A stretch of 64,000 nucleotides of DNA from an uncultured SAR86 cluster bacterium (GCA_902520725.1 CABYPB010000006.1:8310-72309), one strand, 5' to 3'; counted from the stretch's first letter, positions 1 through 10,433 are shown. The notes: generated by a model from the sequence alone, not told the origin. Made by a program: numbers and translations.

Positions 1-1
1 T

Positions 2-232
2 ACAAGAATTGAAGATTTTTCAAATGCAATCATTGGAGTAAATAATAGAGATTTAAAAACCTTTGAGGTAAATATAGAAAATTCTATTAGGCTTCGTAAT
101 TTCTTTAAAAAAGATAATATTTTTGTTGCAGAGTCAGGCATTAAAAATCAGAAAGATATAGAAAAGTTATCAAAAAATAATATTAATGTTTTTTTGATTG
201 GCGAAAGCCTAATGAAAGGGGACTTTTTTTGA
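2..232 (+). CDS. trpC: Indole-3-glycerol phosphate synthase, C-terminal fragment (5' end outside window)
   Basis: Frame-2 translation '..IGVNNRDLKTFEVNIENS..VAESGIKNQKDIEKL..VFLIGESLMKGDFF*' shows the IGPS C-terminal signatures (NNRDL.tF, ESGI, LIGE.LM). The frame is open to the window edge, with stop TGA at 230-232. Confidence 0.8.
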   Translation, partial: TRIEDFSNAIIGVNNRDLKTFEVNIENSIRLRNFFKKDNIFVAESGIKNQKDIEKLSKNNINVFLIGESLMKGDFF

Positions 233-1398
233 AGTTAAGAGATTGGCAAGAAAAAGCCTTCCCACTATGGTGGTTAAAAAAAAGAGGAATAATTAAGGTT
301 GTTACCGGGGGTGGAAAAACATTTTTTGCTATATATTGCCTTAAGGAGTACCTAAAAGAAAATTCTGAGAAGTCAATTCTTATTGTTGTTCCATCCATCG
401 CACTGTTGGATCAATGGTATGAAGGCCTCTCTCAGCATTTTAATGATAAAGACATCACTCTAAATGGAGGAGGTGAACAAGCCAAATCAATTAAGCAAGT
501 CTGTATAACAACTATAGATTCTTTAAAAAATATTATTCAAGAAATTGAGGCAGAAGAGACACTTTTAATTGTAGATGAATGTCACAAAATAGGTACAGAA
601 AAAAGAGGTGAAATGCTTACAAATAAATGGCATGCAACCCTAGGTTTATCTGCAACACCTGAAAGAGATTATGACGATAATTTTTACATCATTATCAAAA
701 AAATACTTGGTGATATTATTTTTGATTACGACTATATAGATGCTAGAGAAGACGAAGTTATAGTTAATTTTAAACTTTTGTATGGATATGCAGCTCTATT
801 ACCTGATGAAGAAGATAAATATAAAAAGTTTACAAAAAGTATTCAGAGGAGAGCTGCCACTATTGGTGGACAAGATATGAATGACTATCCATTAAAGATG
901 CTAATTTTTAATAGAGCTCGGTTAGTAAAAAATTCTAAAAACAGAATTCCATACGGTCTTGAATTAATACAAAAGTATAAAAGAGAGAGTTGGATTGTAT
1001 TTACTGAAAACAAGAAACAGGCAAAAGAATTTAATGATGTGATAAATAAAAAAGGCTTTAAATCTGGCATTTACAATACTGATCTTAATGATGATGAAAG
1101 ACAAGAAAATTTAGATGCATTTAAATCAGGTAAATTAAACGTCTTGGTTAGCTGTACTGCATTGGATGAGGGTTTTGATATGCCAGAGGCTGATGGTGCA
1201 ATGATTTTAAGTGCATCATCTTCAAAAAGACAAAGAATTCAAAGAATGGGAAGAGTGCTAAGAATAACTGCAAATAAAGAGAATGCATTAATAGTAACTG
1301 TATATTCTTCTAAAACAGAATACGAAAAGTTAAGAGAAGAGTCCAATAGATATAAACTTGAGGGCGTGCCAGTAAAATGGCAGCAAATGACTTTATAA
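229..1398 (+). CDS. Compact superfamily-2 (ResIII/XPB-like, DExH) helicase
   Basis: The motifs occur in canonical order: 'LRDWQ', Walker A 'TGGGKT', 'VDECH', 'SATPER', 'TALDEGFDMP', 'QRMGRVLR'. The TTG start at 229 overlaps the trpC stop (TTGA). Confidence 0.85.
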   Translation: MKLRDWQEKAFPLWWLKKRGIIKVVTGGGKTFFAIYCLKEYLKENSEKSILIVVPSIALLDQWYEGLSQHFNDKDITLNGGGEQAKSIKQVCITTIDSLKNIIQEIEAEETLLIVDECHKIGTEKRGEMLTNKWHATLGLSATPERDYDDNFYIIIKKILGDIIFDYDYIDAREDEVIVNFKLLYGYAALLPDEEDKYKKFTKSIQRRAATIGGQDMNDYPLKMLIFNRARLVKNSKNRIPYGLELIQKYKRESWIVFTENKKQAKEFNDVINKKGFKSGIYNTDLNDDERQENLDAFKSGKLNVLVSCTALDEGFDMPEADGAMILSASSSKRQRIQRMGRVLRITANKENALIVTVYSSKTEYEKLREESNRYKLEGVPVKWQQMTL

Positions 1399-1405
1399 TA
1401 TTTTC

Positions 1406-1957
1406 ATGTCGTTAACTTATTCAAGCATGCTAGATCTTCATACAAATCTAATTAAATTCAATCTCCCTAATGTCGTAACTGAGAAACATTTTTCAAATAA
1501 TGATCTAGACATCTCAAAACCTACCATCATTATGTTCATCTGCAATCATTGTCCTTATGTCATTCATTATCATGACGAAATTATAAAGCTAGCAGTTGAT
1601 TTTAAAAACGATATAAATTTAGTAGCAATTAGCTCAAATGACATAATTAATTATCCCCAGGATAGACCAGAGATGATGAAGAATTTATGGAATGATTTAG
1701 GATTATCATTTCCTTATTTATTTGATGAAACTCAAGAGATTGCAAAAAATTATAAAGCTGCTTGTACTCCTGAATTTTACCTATTCGATGCAAATTCAAA
1801 ACTTGTTTACAGAGGAAGGATGGATGAATCTTTTCCAGGATCAAACATTGAACCCTCAGGTATAGAGCTAAGAAACGCAATCAATAATTTATTAAATAAT
1901 AAACAAATCTCCCCAAAACAGCTCCCATCAATGGGATGTAATATTAAATGGAAGTAG
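1406..1957 (+). CDS. Thioredoxin-fold thiol-disulfide oxidoreductase (AhpC/TSA-TlpA-like)
   Basis: It has the CxxC-type motif 'CNHCPYV' at the usual N-terminal position, a size of about 180 aa, and 'CTPEFYLFD'. It starts 7 nt after the helicase stop. Confidence 0.7.
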   Translation: MSLTYSSMLDLHTNLIKFNLPNVVTEKHFSNNDLDISKPTIIMFICNHCPYVIHYHDEIIKLAVDFKNDINLVAISSNDIINYPQDRPEMMKNLWNDLGLSFPYLFDETQEIAKNYKAACTPEFYLFDANSKLVYRGRMDESFPGSNIEPSGIELRNAINNLLNNKQISPKQLPSMGCNIKWK

Positions 1958-1959
1958 GA

Positions 1960-3282
1960 TTAATCAGTATTATTTAGATCTGATTGATAAGTTTCTGTAA
2001 GCGCCATCACAGAAATTAAAGTAAGCAATGAAGCAAGTGCAATATATGCAGAGACCCAAATAATATCAAATTCTGTCCAAAGTTTTACGGCAATAGTAGG
2101 TGCAAAAGCTCCCCCAACTATTGCTCCAAATTGATAACCCAAAGTTGCTCCAGAGTATCGAACTTCAGTGCTAAATAATTCAGTAAAGAAAGCAGCTTGA
2201 GGGCCATACATCATTGCAAGAAAAATTAATCCTCCTGATATTGCCAAAACTATAAGATAAAAATTACCAGTATCTACAAGAGGAAAGATTACAAAAGCCC
2301 AGATAGCAGTCAGAATAGCACCCAACATAAATATACCTTTTCTACCGTGTCTATCAGAATATGAAGAAAAAACAAATTGAATTGGTACCATAATTGCTGA
2401 AGCAATCAAAACTGCTGTCAGCATATCGTCTCTTGCCATATTTGCACTAGTTACTCCGTAAGCCAACATAAAGGCAATTAATATATAAAAAGTAACTTGT
2501 ACTGAGAGGAACGCACCTGCAGCAAGAAAAATTCTTTTAGGATATTTTCTAATTGCTTCAATAACTGGAGATTTTTGAATATTTTTATTTGAATGGGCAT
2601 CTTTATTATTAGCCAAAGCTTTGAACGCTTCTGTATCCTCAAGGTTCAACTGGATATACATACTAATAAGAATTAAAACTGCGCTTGCAAGAAAAGGAAT
2701 TCTCCAACCCCAGGTGTTGAAGAATTCTTCTGAAACCAAAGCACTTGTAATAATAAGTGCCAAATTTGCCAAAATTACTCCAATTGGGGCTCCGGCTTGG
2801 GCAAAAGCTCCATAATATCCTCGTTGATTTGAGGGAGCACTTTCTGTTACTAAAAGCATTGCTCCACCCCATTGACCACCAATTGCTAGTCCTTGAGCAA
2901 ATCTTAAACTAGTCAAAAGAATAGGGGCGGCAACCCCAATCATTGCATAAGTGGGTAATAGACCAATCAAAGTCGAAGAAACACCCATTAACATTAGTGC
3001 ACTAATTAGTGTTTTCTTTCTACCAACTTTGTCTCCAAAATGACCAAAAACTATTCCTCCAATTGGTCTTGCAATAAAACCAGCTGCAAATGTTAATAAA
3101 GATAATAGTAGAGCTGTGGTTGGAGGCATTTCTCCAAAAAAGGCTGAAGGAAATATTAGAGCTGCTGCAGCTCCATACAAAAAGAAGTCATACCATTCAA
3201 TACTTGTGCCTGCCAAAGCGGTCAAAGCAACTTTTTGCATATTTGATTTTTTTTGATTATTTTCTAAATTTTCCATAAGCAA
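1960..3282 (-). CDS. MFS transporter, metabolite:H+ symporter (MHS) family
   Basis: The 440-aa product is predicted to have about 12 TM segments. The 'GHFGDKVGRKKTL' loop 2-3 motif and 'WGWRIPFL' are typical of ProP/KgtP/ShiA-type MFS proteins. Confidence 0.85.
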   Translation of the reverse strand: MLMENLENNQKKSNMQKVALTALAGTSIEWYDFFLYGAAAALIFPSAFFGEMPPTTALLLSLLTFAAGFIARPIGGIVFGHFGDKVGRKKTLISALMLMGVSSTLIGLLPTYAMIGVAAPILLTSLRFAQGLAIGGQWGGAMLLVTESAPSNQRGYYGAFAQAGAPIGVILANLALIITSALVSEEFFNTWGWRIPFLASAVLILISMYIQLNLEDTEAFKALANNKDAHSNKNIQKSPVIEAIRKYPKRIFLAAGAFLSVQVTFYILIAFMLAYGVTSANMARDDMLTAVLIASAIMVPIQFVFSSYSDRHGRKGIFMLGAILTAIWAFVIFPLVDTGNFYLIVLAISGGLIFLAMMYGPQAAFFTELFSTEVRYSGATLGYQFGAIVGGAFAPTIAVKLWTEFDIIWVSAYIALASLLTLISVMALTETYQSDLNNTD

Positions 3283-3305
3283 TTAATAATATATCAAATA
3301 AGAGT

Positions 3306-3788
3306 TTAATCCATTGGATAAGCAACTATGTCAGTGGGCTCCAGTCCTTTATTCAAGTTATTAAAATTTTTATAGTAAAGTTTGAAACCACCATCTTCAT
3401 ATAACCAAATATTTGAAACTCTAGCTTGATAATCGTCATTAATCTTTCCATTAGAATATTTATAGCTTCCAGTAAGATAATACAAAGTTAGATAGACTTT
3501 TTCAGAAAGCTTTATTATTTTGATATTAGATGGCGTGACATTAGATTCAACTCTAGAATAGTAATTTATAACAGATTCAAAATCGGGTGGTGGATCTTCA
3601 TAAAAGTGATTACCAGATGACGAACCTGTAATTGCTCCTATTTTACTTTCATAGAAGAAGATTTTCTCAAAGTCTCGAGCATTTCGCGCTTCCCAAAATT
3701 TAAGCAAGCTTTCTTTTAAAGCTTCTTCATTATTCTCTGCGGATAAATTTAAACTAAAAAGAAGAATTAAGAAAAATGATCGAATCAT
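3306..3788 (-). CDS. Exported hypothetical protein, NTF2/SnoaL-like (DUF4440-like) fold suspected
   Basis: It has an N-terminal signal peptide 'MIRSFFLILLFSLNLSA'. The 'FWEARNARDFEKI' pattern is typical of NTF2-like proteins. A 4-nt overlap links it to coq7. Confidence 0.45.
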   Translation of the reverse strand: MIRSFFLILLFSLNLSAENNEEALKESLLKFWEARNARDFEKIFFYESKIGAITGSSSGNHFYEDPPPDFESVINYYSRVESNVTPSNIKIIKLSEKVYLTLYYLTGSYKYSNGKINDDYQARVSNIWLYEDGGFKLYYKNFNNLNKGLEPTDIVAYPMD

Positions 3789-4420
3789 ACATACTTGCTT
3801 GTTGAGGTCATCAATTTTGCAGTGTATTTCATAATTTGTTTGACAGGAATTGTTAGTTCTTCACCGCCTTTATCTACTGCTTGCTGTGCATGAAGATCTT
3901 CATCTTCTTTCATAGTTTTTAGTATTTCTATTGTTTCTTTATCCTTAGGAGAGATTTTGTCAAGGTGACGATCAATATGAGCAACAACTTGTTTCTCAGT
4001 TTCTTCCACAAAACCTAAGCTAACTTTTTCACCAAACCTTCCAAATATTGCACCAATTGCAAAAGAACCAGCATACCAAATAGGATTAAGAATTGAGCTA
4101 TTTCCCTCAAGCTCATCAAGACGTTTTTTGCACCATACCAAATGATCAGTTTCCTCATCTCCTGCTTCAATTAGATGTTCTCTGACTTCAGCATCTTTGC
4201 ACACAAGCGACTGCCCTCTATAGAGAGCTTGAGCTGCAACTTCACCAGCAAGATTTACTCGCATCATTTGAATAGAACGTTTTTTTTCTGCAGGCGATAA
4301 TTCTTCAGTATTTTTTTCTGCAGGCTCTGGAGGGTATGTTCTACCTGTTCCAGATTTTTTATTTGAAAGCGTTTTTAGTGCAATATCAAACTCATTAACA
4401 ATATTATTTAAAAAACTCAT
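3785..4420 (-). CDS. coq7: Demethoxyubiquinone hydroxylase (di-iron Coq7 family)
   Basis: The signature 'RVNLAGEVAAQALYRGQ', the repeated E..H ligand motifs ('DEETDHL', 'EDLH') and a size of about 210 aa fit Coq7. Confidence 0.85.
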   Translation of the reverse strand: MSFLNNIVNEFDIALKTLSNKKSGTGRTYPPEPAEKNTEELSPAEKKRSIQMMRVNLAGEVAAQALYRGQSLVCKDAEVREHLIEAGDEETDHLVWCKKRLDELEGNSSILNPIWYAGSFAIGAIFGRFGEKVSLGFVEETEKQVVAHIDRHLDKISPKDKETIEILKTMKEDEDLHAQQAVDKGGEELTIPVKQIMKYTAKLMTSTSKYV

Positions 4421-5685
4421 TTAATTCCTTTAAAACCTATATCTCTTCTGTGAAAAGCGCCATCAAATGTAACGCTGTCGACGAGATTATATGCCTTAGA
4501 TTGTGCAGATTTCAAGTCATCACCAAGAGCTGTAGCACAAAAAACTCTTCCTCCAGAAGTTACAACATTATCATCTATCAATTTCGTTCCTGCGTGAAAC
4601 AGCTTCATATCTTGATCTGATTTTACTGGGAGAGTAACTTGTTTATTAGACTCATAACTTTCTGGATATCCTTCTGAAGCAATAATAACTCCACATGCAT
4701 GTTTTTTAGTCCACGAAATACTATATGAATCCATATCTTCGTTAATTGCTGCAAGACATAATTCGACCAAACTAGATTGAAGTCGAATCAAAATTGGTTG
4801 TGTTTCTGGATCTCCAAATCTGCAATTAAATTCAAGAACTTTAAGTTCACCATCTTTTATCATCAGCCCTGCATAAAGAAAACCTAAGTAGGGTGACCCT
4901 TCAGATATAAGGCCTTCCATAGTTGGCATCATAACTTCTGTAATAATTTTTTTATGAAGACGTTCGTCAACTATTGGAGCAGGGCTATAGGCTCCCATAC
5001 CACCAGTATTTAATCCGACATCGCCTTCACCCACAGCTTTATGATCTTGGCTTGTGGCTAATGGGATAATTTTATTTTTGCTTACAACAGCAATAAAGGA
5101 AGCTTCCTCTCCTTCAAGAAATTCTTCTATAACGACTCGACTTCCAGCATCACCAAAAGCTTGATCCTTAAAAATACTTTCAAGTGCTTTAAGGGCTTCT
5201 TCTTTATCGTTACAAATAATGACACCTTTTCCAGCTGCTAAACCATCTGCTTTTACAACTGTTGGATATTCAATTTTTTCTAGATAGCTTTTTGAAGAAT
5301 TATAATCACTAAAGGAAGCGTATTGTGCAGTTGGAATTCCATATTTTATAAAGAAGTCTTTTGAATAAGTTTTTGAGCCTTCTAATTGAGCTGCAGCCTG
5401 AGAGGGACCAAAAGTTTTAATACCTTTGCTTTGTAAGAAGTCTGCCATACCCATAACAAGCGGCTGTTCAGGACCAATAATGACCAACTCTATTTTTTCT
5501 TTAATGCAAAATGATTCTATGCTTCTAAAGTCATTAGTATCGAGAGAAATGTTGGTTACTTTATTTTCCAGAGCTGTGCCAGCATTCCCAGGACAAACGA
5601 AAACGTTAGAAACAGATTTATCTTGAGCTGATTTCCATGCCAATGCATGTTCTCTCCCTCCTGAGCCAATAATAAGAATATTCAT
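4417..5685 (-). CDS. purD: Phosphoribosylamine-glycine ligase
   Basis: The start '[18 protein letters not shown]', the ATP-grasp core and 'GGRVF..TA.G' are a classic PurD pattern over the full 422-aa length. Confidence 0.95.
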   Translation of the reverse strand: MNILIIGSGGREHALAWKSAQDKSVSNVFVCPGNAGTALENKVTNISLDTNDFRSIESFCIKEKIELVIIGPEQPLVMGMADFLQSKGIKTFGPSQAAAQLEGSKTYSKDFFIKYGIPTAQYASFSDYNSSKSYLEKIEYPTVVKADGLAAGKGVIICNDKEEALKALESIFKDQAFGDAGSRVVIEEFLEGEEASFIAVVSKNKIIPLATSQDHKAVGEGDVGLNTGGMGAYSPAPIVDERLHKKIITEVMMPTMEGLISEGSPYLGFLYAGLMIKDGELKVLEFNCRFGDPETQPILIRLQSSLVELCLAAINEDMDSYSISWTKKHACGVIIASEGYPESYESNKQVTLPVKSDQDMKLFHAGTKLIDDNVVTSGGRVFCATALGDDLKSAQSKAYNLVDSVTFDGAFHRRDIGFKGIK

Positions 5686-7223
5686 TAGTGTCTAAAGTGC
5701 CGTGTTCCTGTAAATAGCATTGCTATATTATTTTCATCTGCAGCTGCTATCACTTCCTCGTCTTTAACTGAGCCACCTGGTTGAATTATTGAAGCTATTC
5801 CACTTGATGCAGCCTTATCAATACCATCTCTAAAAGGGAAGAAAGCATCTGAAGCCATCGCAGAACCAATTACCTCAAGCCCTTCCTCTTTAGCTTTTAA
5901 ATTAGCTATTTCTGCACTTATGACTCTACTCATTTGACCTGCGCCGATTCCGATAGTTTGTTTATTTTTAACATACACAATAGCGTTGCTCTTAACAAAT
6001 TTAGCCACTTTCCATGCGAACATTAAATCTTGTATTTCGTTTTCAGACGGTTGTCTTTTTGTAACACATTTTAAATCTTCAATGCGCACACCTTTTAAAT
6101 CATCATCTTGAAACAGGATACCACCAGAAACTTTTTTTATTGTCCCTGGATAAAGGTTATCTTGTTTAATATCAACTTTTAATATTCTTATATTTTTTTT
6201 GTTAGAAAACTCTTCTACAGCTCCATCTTCATAACCAGGCGCTATTACGACTTCAACAAATTGTCTTGAATTAACTTCTTTCGCGGTTTTGTGATCGATT
6301 ATCTTATTAAAAGCAATTATCCCTCCAAATGCTGATGTTGGATCAGTCTTATAAGCAAGATCATAGGCGATGAAAATAGAATCACTTTCTGCAACTCCAC
6401 AAGGATTAGCATGCTTTACAATTACGCATGCAGGATTATCAAATTCTCTTACACACTCCCATGCGGCATCGGCATCTACAATATTATTATATGAAAGCTC
6501 TTTACCTTGAATAATTTCAGCATTCGCAATATTTTTCTTAGTGAGATTATCAAATGTAAATAATGTTGCAGACTGATGTGGATTCTCACCGTATCTTAAA
6601 GAGGTACTTTTTTGAAAACTATAATCATGAAGACCGTGACCGCCCTCACTTAGGTAGCTAGCTATAGATTTATTATAGTCGGCCATTATAGAGAAGACCT
6701 TTTGTGATAATTTTTTACGTGACTCAAATGAAATACCATCATTATTATCCCATTCACTCATTACTTCTTCGTAATCTTTTGGATCTGTAACCACCACTAC
6801 ATCTTTGAAATTCTTAGCTGCAGCTCTAATCATTGTAGGCCCACCAATATCAATTTTTTCTATAGCTTCTTCAAACGCACAATCTTCTTGAATGGTTTCT
6901 TTGAATGGATACAGATTCACAATTACAAGATCTATAGTTTCATAACCCCTTTCTTTTAAGATATCCATATCTGAATCCCTTCTTGCAAGAATTCCAGCAT
7001 GTATTTTTGGATGAAGAGTTTTAACTCTTCCATCCATCATTTCTTCAAATCCAGTAAATTCAGAGACTTCGATTACACTATCTGTTATTTCTTTGATAGC
7101 CTTATATGTTCCTCCAGTTGAAAGCATCTTGACATCTTTCTCAATTAAAAAATCTACAATTTCCTTTAAATTAGTTTTATCTGAAAGGCTTATTAATGCT
7201 GTTTTTGGTTGAATGAGACTCAT
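5685..7223 (-). CDS. purH: Bifunctional AICAR transformylase / IMP cyclohydrolase
   Basis: The product carries 'ALISLSDKT', 'STGGT', '[15 protein letters not shown]' and ends 'FTGTRHFRH'. It is full length at 512 aa. Confidence 0.95.
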   Translation of the reverse strand: MSLIQPKTALISLSDKTNLKEIVDFLIEKDVKMLSTGGTYKAIKEITDSVIEVSEFTGFEEMMDGRVKTLHPKIHAGILARRDSDMDILKERGYETIDLVIVNLYPFKETIQEDCAFEEAIEKIDIGGPTMIRAAAKNFKDVVVVTDPKDYEEVMSEWDNNDGISFESRKKLSQKVFSIMADYNKSIASYLSEGGHGLHDYSFQKSTSLRYGENPHQSATLFTFDNLTKKNIANAEIIQGKELSYNNIVDADAAWECVREFDNPACVIVKHANPCGVAESDSIFIAYDLAYKTDPTSAFGGIIAFNKIIDHKTAKEVNSRQFVEVVIAPGYEDGAVEEFSNKKNIRILKVDIKQDNLYPGTIKKVSGGILFQDDDLKGVRIEDLKCVTKRQPSENEIQDLMFAWKVAKFVKSNAIVYVKNKQTIGIGAGQMSRVISAEIANLKAKEEGLEVIGSAMASDAFFPFRDGIDKAASSGIASIIQPGGSVKDEEVIAAADENNIAMLFTGTRHFRH

Positions 7224-7507
7224 TGAATAATATTATATTTTTTTAGTTTTGTTCTTAAAGTTGTTCTATTAATACCAAGAATTTTTGCTGCTTTAGACTG
7301 ATTATTGCTGCAAAATTTCATTACACTATTTAATAGAGGAGGCTCTATTTCTCTCAATACAAGATTATAAACATCTATAGGTGTGTTTTTTTGATCAAGT
7401 TGATTGAAATATCTTTTCATAGCTTTTCTGACCTCATCTTTGAGAGGTTTTTTTGAATAACTATCAAATAAATTTTTTTTATCTTTCAAAACAGATTTTT
7501 TTAACAA
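7220..7507 (-). CDS. fis: Fis-family nucleoid-associated DNA-binding protein
   Basis: The 95-aa product has a C-terminal HTH 'NQSKAAKILGINRTTLRTKLKKY'. It lies upstream of purH, as in many gammaproteobacteria. Confidence 0.85.
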   Translation of the reverse strand: MLKKSVLKDKKNLFDSYSKKPLKDEVRKAMKRYFNQLDQKNTPIDVYNLVLREIEPPLLNSVMKFCSNNQSKAAKILGINRTTLRTKLKKYNIIQ

Positions 7508-7552
7508 AGAAATTTAAGTTTACAGTTGTTTAAAAATTGCTCAATAGATTTT

Positions 7553-8116
7553 TTAAAGATTTATGTATGTTTTTTTGTCATTTTCTTTTGAGAAAGATTT
7601 AATGACTCCTCTCTCTATATTAATTTCTACTATTGAAGTGTAATCTGGATAAAAACAAAAAATCGACTTAGATCCTGTCAATTCACTTATTAGAGAATTT
7701 AAGACCATAAAATGTGTAAATATAATTGAATGGTTTTTAATATCTTTAAGTTTAACAAATATCTTTTCACGCCATGACTTTATATTCTTTGGTAATTTAT
7801 TCTTATCCATTTTTATGATGCCCTCTAACCAAATTTTTTTCTTATCAAATGGAATATCATGAGAAGGGATTTCGATAAATGCATCATCTATTAAAATTTC
7901 TTTATTAAATTTATTTGCCAAAGGTTGTGCAGTTTCTATTGCTCTTGATTTAGGGCTCGATATAAAGGTGAAATCTTTTAATTCAAGAAATTTTTCATGT
8001 TCTATTAATTTTTTTGCTTGCAATAAACCTGCTTCACTTAAACCTGGATTTTCATGACGCTGCCATGCACTTGCAGCCTCACCATGCCTAACAAATATTA
8101 GTTTAATCTCTGACAT
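7553..8116 (-). CDS. Histidine phosphatase (phosphoglycerate-mutase-like) family protein
   Basis: The N-terminal 'FVRHGEA' matches the RHG catalytic motif, and the size is about 187 aa. Confidence 0.7.
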   Translation of the reverse strand: MSEIKLIFVRHGEAASAWQRHENPGLSEAGLLQAKKLIEHEKFLELKDFTFISSPKSRAIETAQPLANKFNKEILIDDAFIEIPSHDIPFDKKKIWLEGIIKMDKNKLPKNIKSWREKIFVKLKDIKNHSIIFTHFMVLNSLISELTGSKSIFCFYPDYTSIVEINIERGVIKSFSKENDKKTYINL

Positions 8117-8146
8117 TTATTTTCCAGCTATAGCTATAATGATATT

Positions 8147-8884
8147 GTGAGAATTCATAGAGTATATTGTAAATCGGTTTCTGGACTTAATCAGATTTTT
8201 AAAATAGATGAAAGCCAATCACACCATTTAATTAGAGCACTCCGTTTAAAAGAAGACGATATTGTTGAAGTTTTTGATGGCCAGGGTATATCAGCACATT
8301 GTAAGATTATTAAATTGTCCAAGAAATACTGTGAGGTAGAGAAGGCTGGAGAACCTCTTTATCAGTTAGCACCCAAAAGAATACTTACAGCAATAATCCC
8401 AATAATTAAAAAAAATAATTTTAATTTTATGATTCAAAAACTAACAGAGATAGGTGTTAACAAATTTATTTTTTATAAACCTGATCTTATTGACCAAAGT
8501 GTTGCAAAGAAGAATTTTTCTGGAGTCATAGAAAAATCACATGAAATAATTATTAATGTTTGTAAACAGTGTGGAAACAATTTTCTTCCAGAAATCGAAC
8601 ATAAATTAAATTTGAAAGAAGCAATAATGCAACTAGAAGATAGTGATGAAATTTTTTCATTTGACACTGAGGCTCATGAGTATTTTAATCAATATGAACT
8701 AGGAGAAGATTCTTCTATAGCAATAGTCACAGGACCTGAATCTGGTTTTTCAGATGAAGAGCTTGAATTAATTAAAATGCAAAATATTAAAAAAAGATAT
8801 CTTGGACAGAACATTCTAAGAGCTGAGACAGCTCCAATCTATGCCTCTTCATTAATTAAAAATCATTTTGATAAAATTGAATAA
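8147..8884 (+). CDS. rsmE: 16S rRNA (uracil1498-N3)-methyltransferase
   Basis: It starts 'MRIHRVY', contains 'HHLIRALRLKEDD' and a C-terminal 'GPESGFSDEE...LG.NILRAETA' SPOUT knot motif. Confidence 0.8.
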   Translation: MRIHRVYCKSVSGLNQIFKIDESQSHHLIRALRLKEDDIVEVFDGQGISAHCKIIKLSKKYCEVEKAGEPLYQLAPKRILTAIIPIIKKNNFNFMIQKLTEIGVNKFIFYKPDLIDQSVAKKNFSGVIEKSHEIIINVCKQCGNNFLPEIEHKLNLKEAIMQLEDSDEIFSFDTEAHEYFNQYELGEDSSIAIVTGPESGFSDEELELIKMQNIKKRYLGQNILRAETAPIYASSLIKNHFDKIE

Positions 8885-8886
8885 CA

Positions 8887-9810
8887 ATGAATAAAGTTCT
8901 TTTTATAACAGATACATTTAAAGACTTAAATGTTAAAAAAGACACCTCAATATTAATGATTGAAGAGGCTATTAAAAGAGATTTTAATGTTTATCAGTGC
9001 GAGACTAGTGATTTATTCATAAATGATGGAGTTGTTTATGCAAGTTCAAGAAATATTCTTTCAGCAGGATCAACTCAGATCGAGGGAATTATAAAAGAAG
9101 ATATAAAAGTTTGTGATTTTCATATGTCTTTTATGCGGAAAGATCCTCCTGTAGATGAGAATTATATTAACGCTTTGCATTTACTTGGCCTTGCTGAGAA
9201 ACAAGGAGCGTCTATTTACAATAAACCAAATTCAATAAAAGAGTTTAATGAGAAAATTTTTGCCTTACATTTTAAAAAATTTACACCCAAAACTCTTGTA
9301 ACTGCAAAGATAGATAAAATAAATGAATTTTTTAAATTGCACGAAAAAATAGTTGTAAAACCTCTTGATGGAATGGGTGGACTGTCGATATATAAGTTTG
9401 ATCAAATGAATGAAGAAAACTTAAATATTTTAAAGAATATGACAGATCTGGAGCAAACTCAGATTATTTGTCAGGAATTTGTTGGAGATATATATCAAGG
9501 AGATTACAGAGTATTAATCATTCATGGAAAGCCCTTTAGCAAAACTTTAGCGAGAATTCCCCAAGAAGGTGGTTTTAAAGGTAATTTGGCAGCAGGAGGA
9601 AAAGGTGTTGCAAAAGATATCACAGAATTTCAGAGACAAGTAGGTGAGGAGATTGGTGACTATTTAATGAAAGCAGGAATTAATTTTGCAGGAATAGACA
9701 TTATTGGAGAATATTTGACCGAAATAAATATTACAAGCCCTACCTGCGCAAGAGAAATTTTAGATCAAACAGATATGAATCCGATTTCAGAATATTTTCA
9801 AGGACTATGA
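8887..9810 (+). CDS. gshB: Glutathione synthetase
   Basis: It has an ATP-grasp fold. 'VVKPLDGMGG', 'GDYRVLIIHGKP' and 'GIDIIGEYLTEINITSP' match prokaryotic GshB. Confidence 0.9.
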   Translation: MNKVLFITDTFKDLNVKKDTSILMIEEAIKRDFNVYQCETSDLFINDGVVYASSRNILSAGSTQIEGIIKEDIKVCDFHMSFMRKDPPVDENYINALHLLGLAEKQGASIYNKPNSIKEFNEKIFALHFKKFTPKTLVTAKIDKINEFFKLHEKIVVKPLDGMGGLSIYKFDQMNEENLNILKNMTDLEQTQIICQEFVGDIYQGDYRVLIIHGKPFSKTLARIPQEGGFKGNLAAGGKGVAKDITEFQRQVGEEIGDYLMKAGINFAGIDIIGEYLTEINITSPTCAREILDQTDMNPISEYFQGL

Positions 9811-10433
9811 GCTCAATATCATCAATATCAAAGAATATTAGCAAACGCTCTTTAACGTTTAATAAGTCATTCATGATCTCGATAGCTCTTCATCTAGTTT
9901 TAATTTTTGGAATTTCAATTACTACTTACTATAAATTACCCATTTTTAATGAATCGCCTATTATTAATGTAAAACTTGCTAATTCAAATCAGGACTTAAT
10001 GGCAAATATATCTAGTGACGGTATAGATAATTCTAAAAAAGAAACATCTCTAGAAGCTATAGGCATCACTCAAGAGAAAAAAAATTCCTCTCAATCTTTT
10101 AAAATCAAAAAACTTCAAGCCAACTCTGTAGTTAATTCTGAAGAAGCGGTCTATTTAAACTTATGGCAAAGAAAAATAGAAACTACCGGCGATAAAATTA
10201 TATCGAACAAAGAAAATTATTTAGACGGTAAGGTGCAAATCATGGCAACCATAGATATGAATGGTAATTTAATAAACTCGCAAATTCTTATTTCCTCTGG
10301 AAATAGACTAATTGATAATATGGCAATTAATATTTTAGAAGAGTCAGCTCCTTTTGCTCCTTTTAACAATAATATGTCCAATCAATATAGCGTTCTAGAA
10401 ATTGTTAGGGATTGGAACTTTTCTTCTAATTAA
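9807..10433 (+). CDS. TonB-family energy-transducer-like protein
   Basis: It has an N-terminal TM anchor and a C-terminal 'GKVQIMATIDMNGNLINSQILISSGNRLIDNMAINILEESAPFAPF' TonB_C-like domain. A tonB paralog sits next to gshB in the same way in Pseudomonas. Confidence 0.6.
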   Translation: MSSISSISKNISKRSLTFNKSFMISIALHLVLIFGISITTYYKLPIFNESPIINVKLANSNQDLMANISSDGIDNSKKETSLEAIGITQEKKNSSQSFKIKKLQANSVVNSEEAVYLNLWQRKIETTGDKIISNKENYLDGKVQIMATIDMNGNLINSQILISSGNRLIDNMAINILEESAPFAPFNNNMSNQYSVLEIVRDWNFSSN

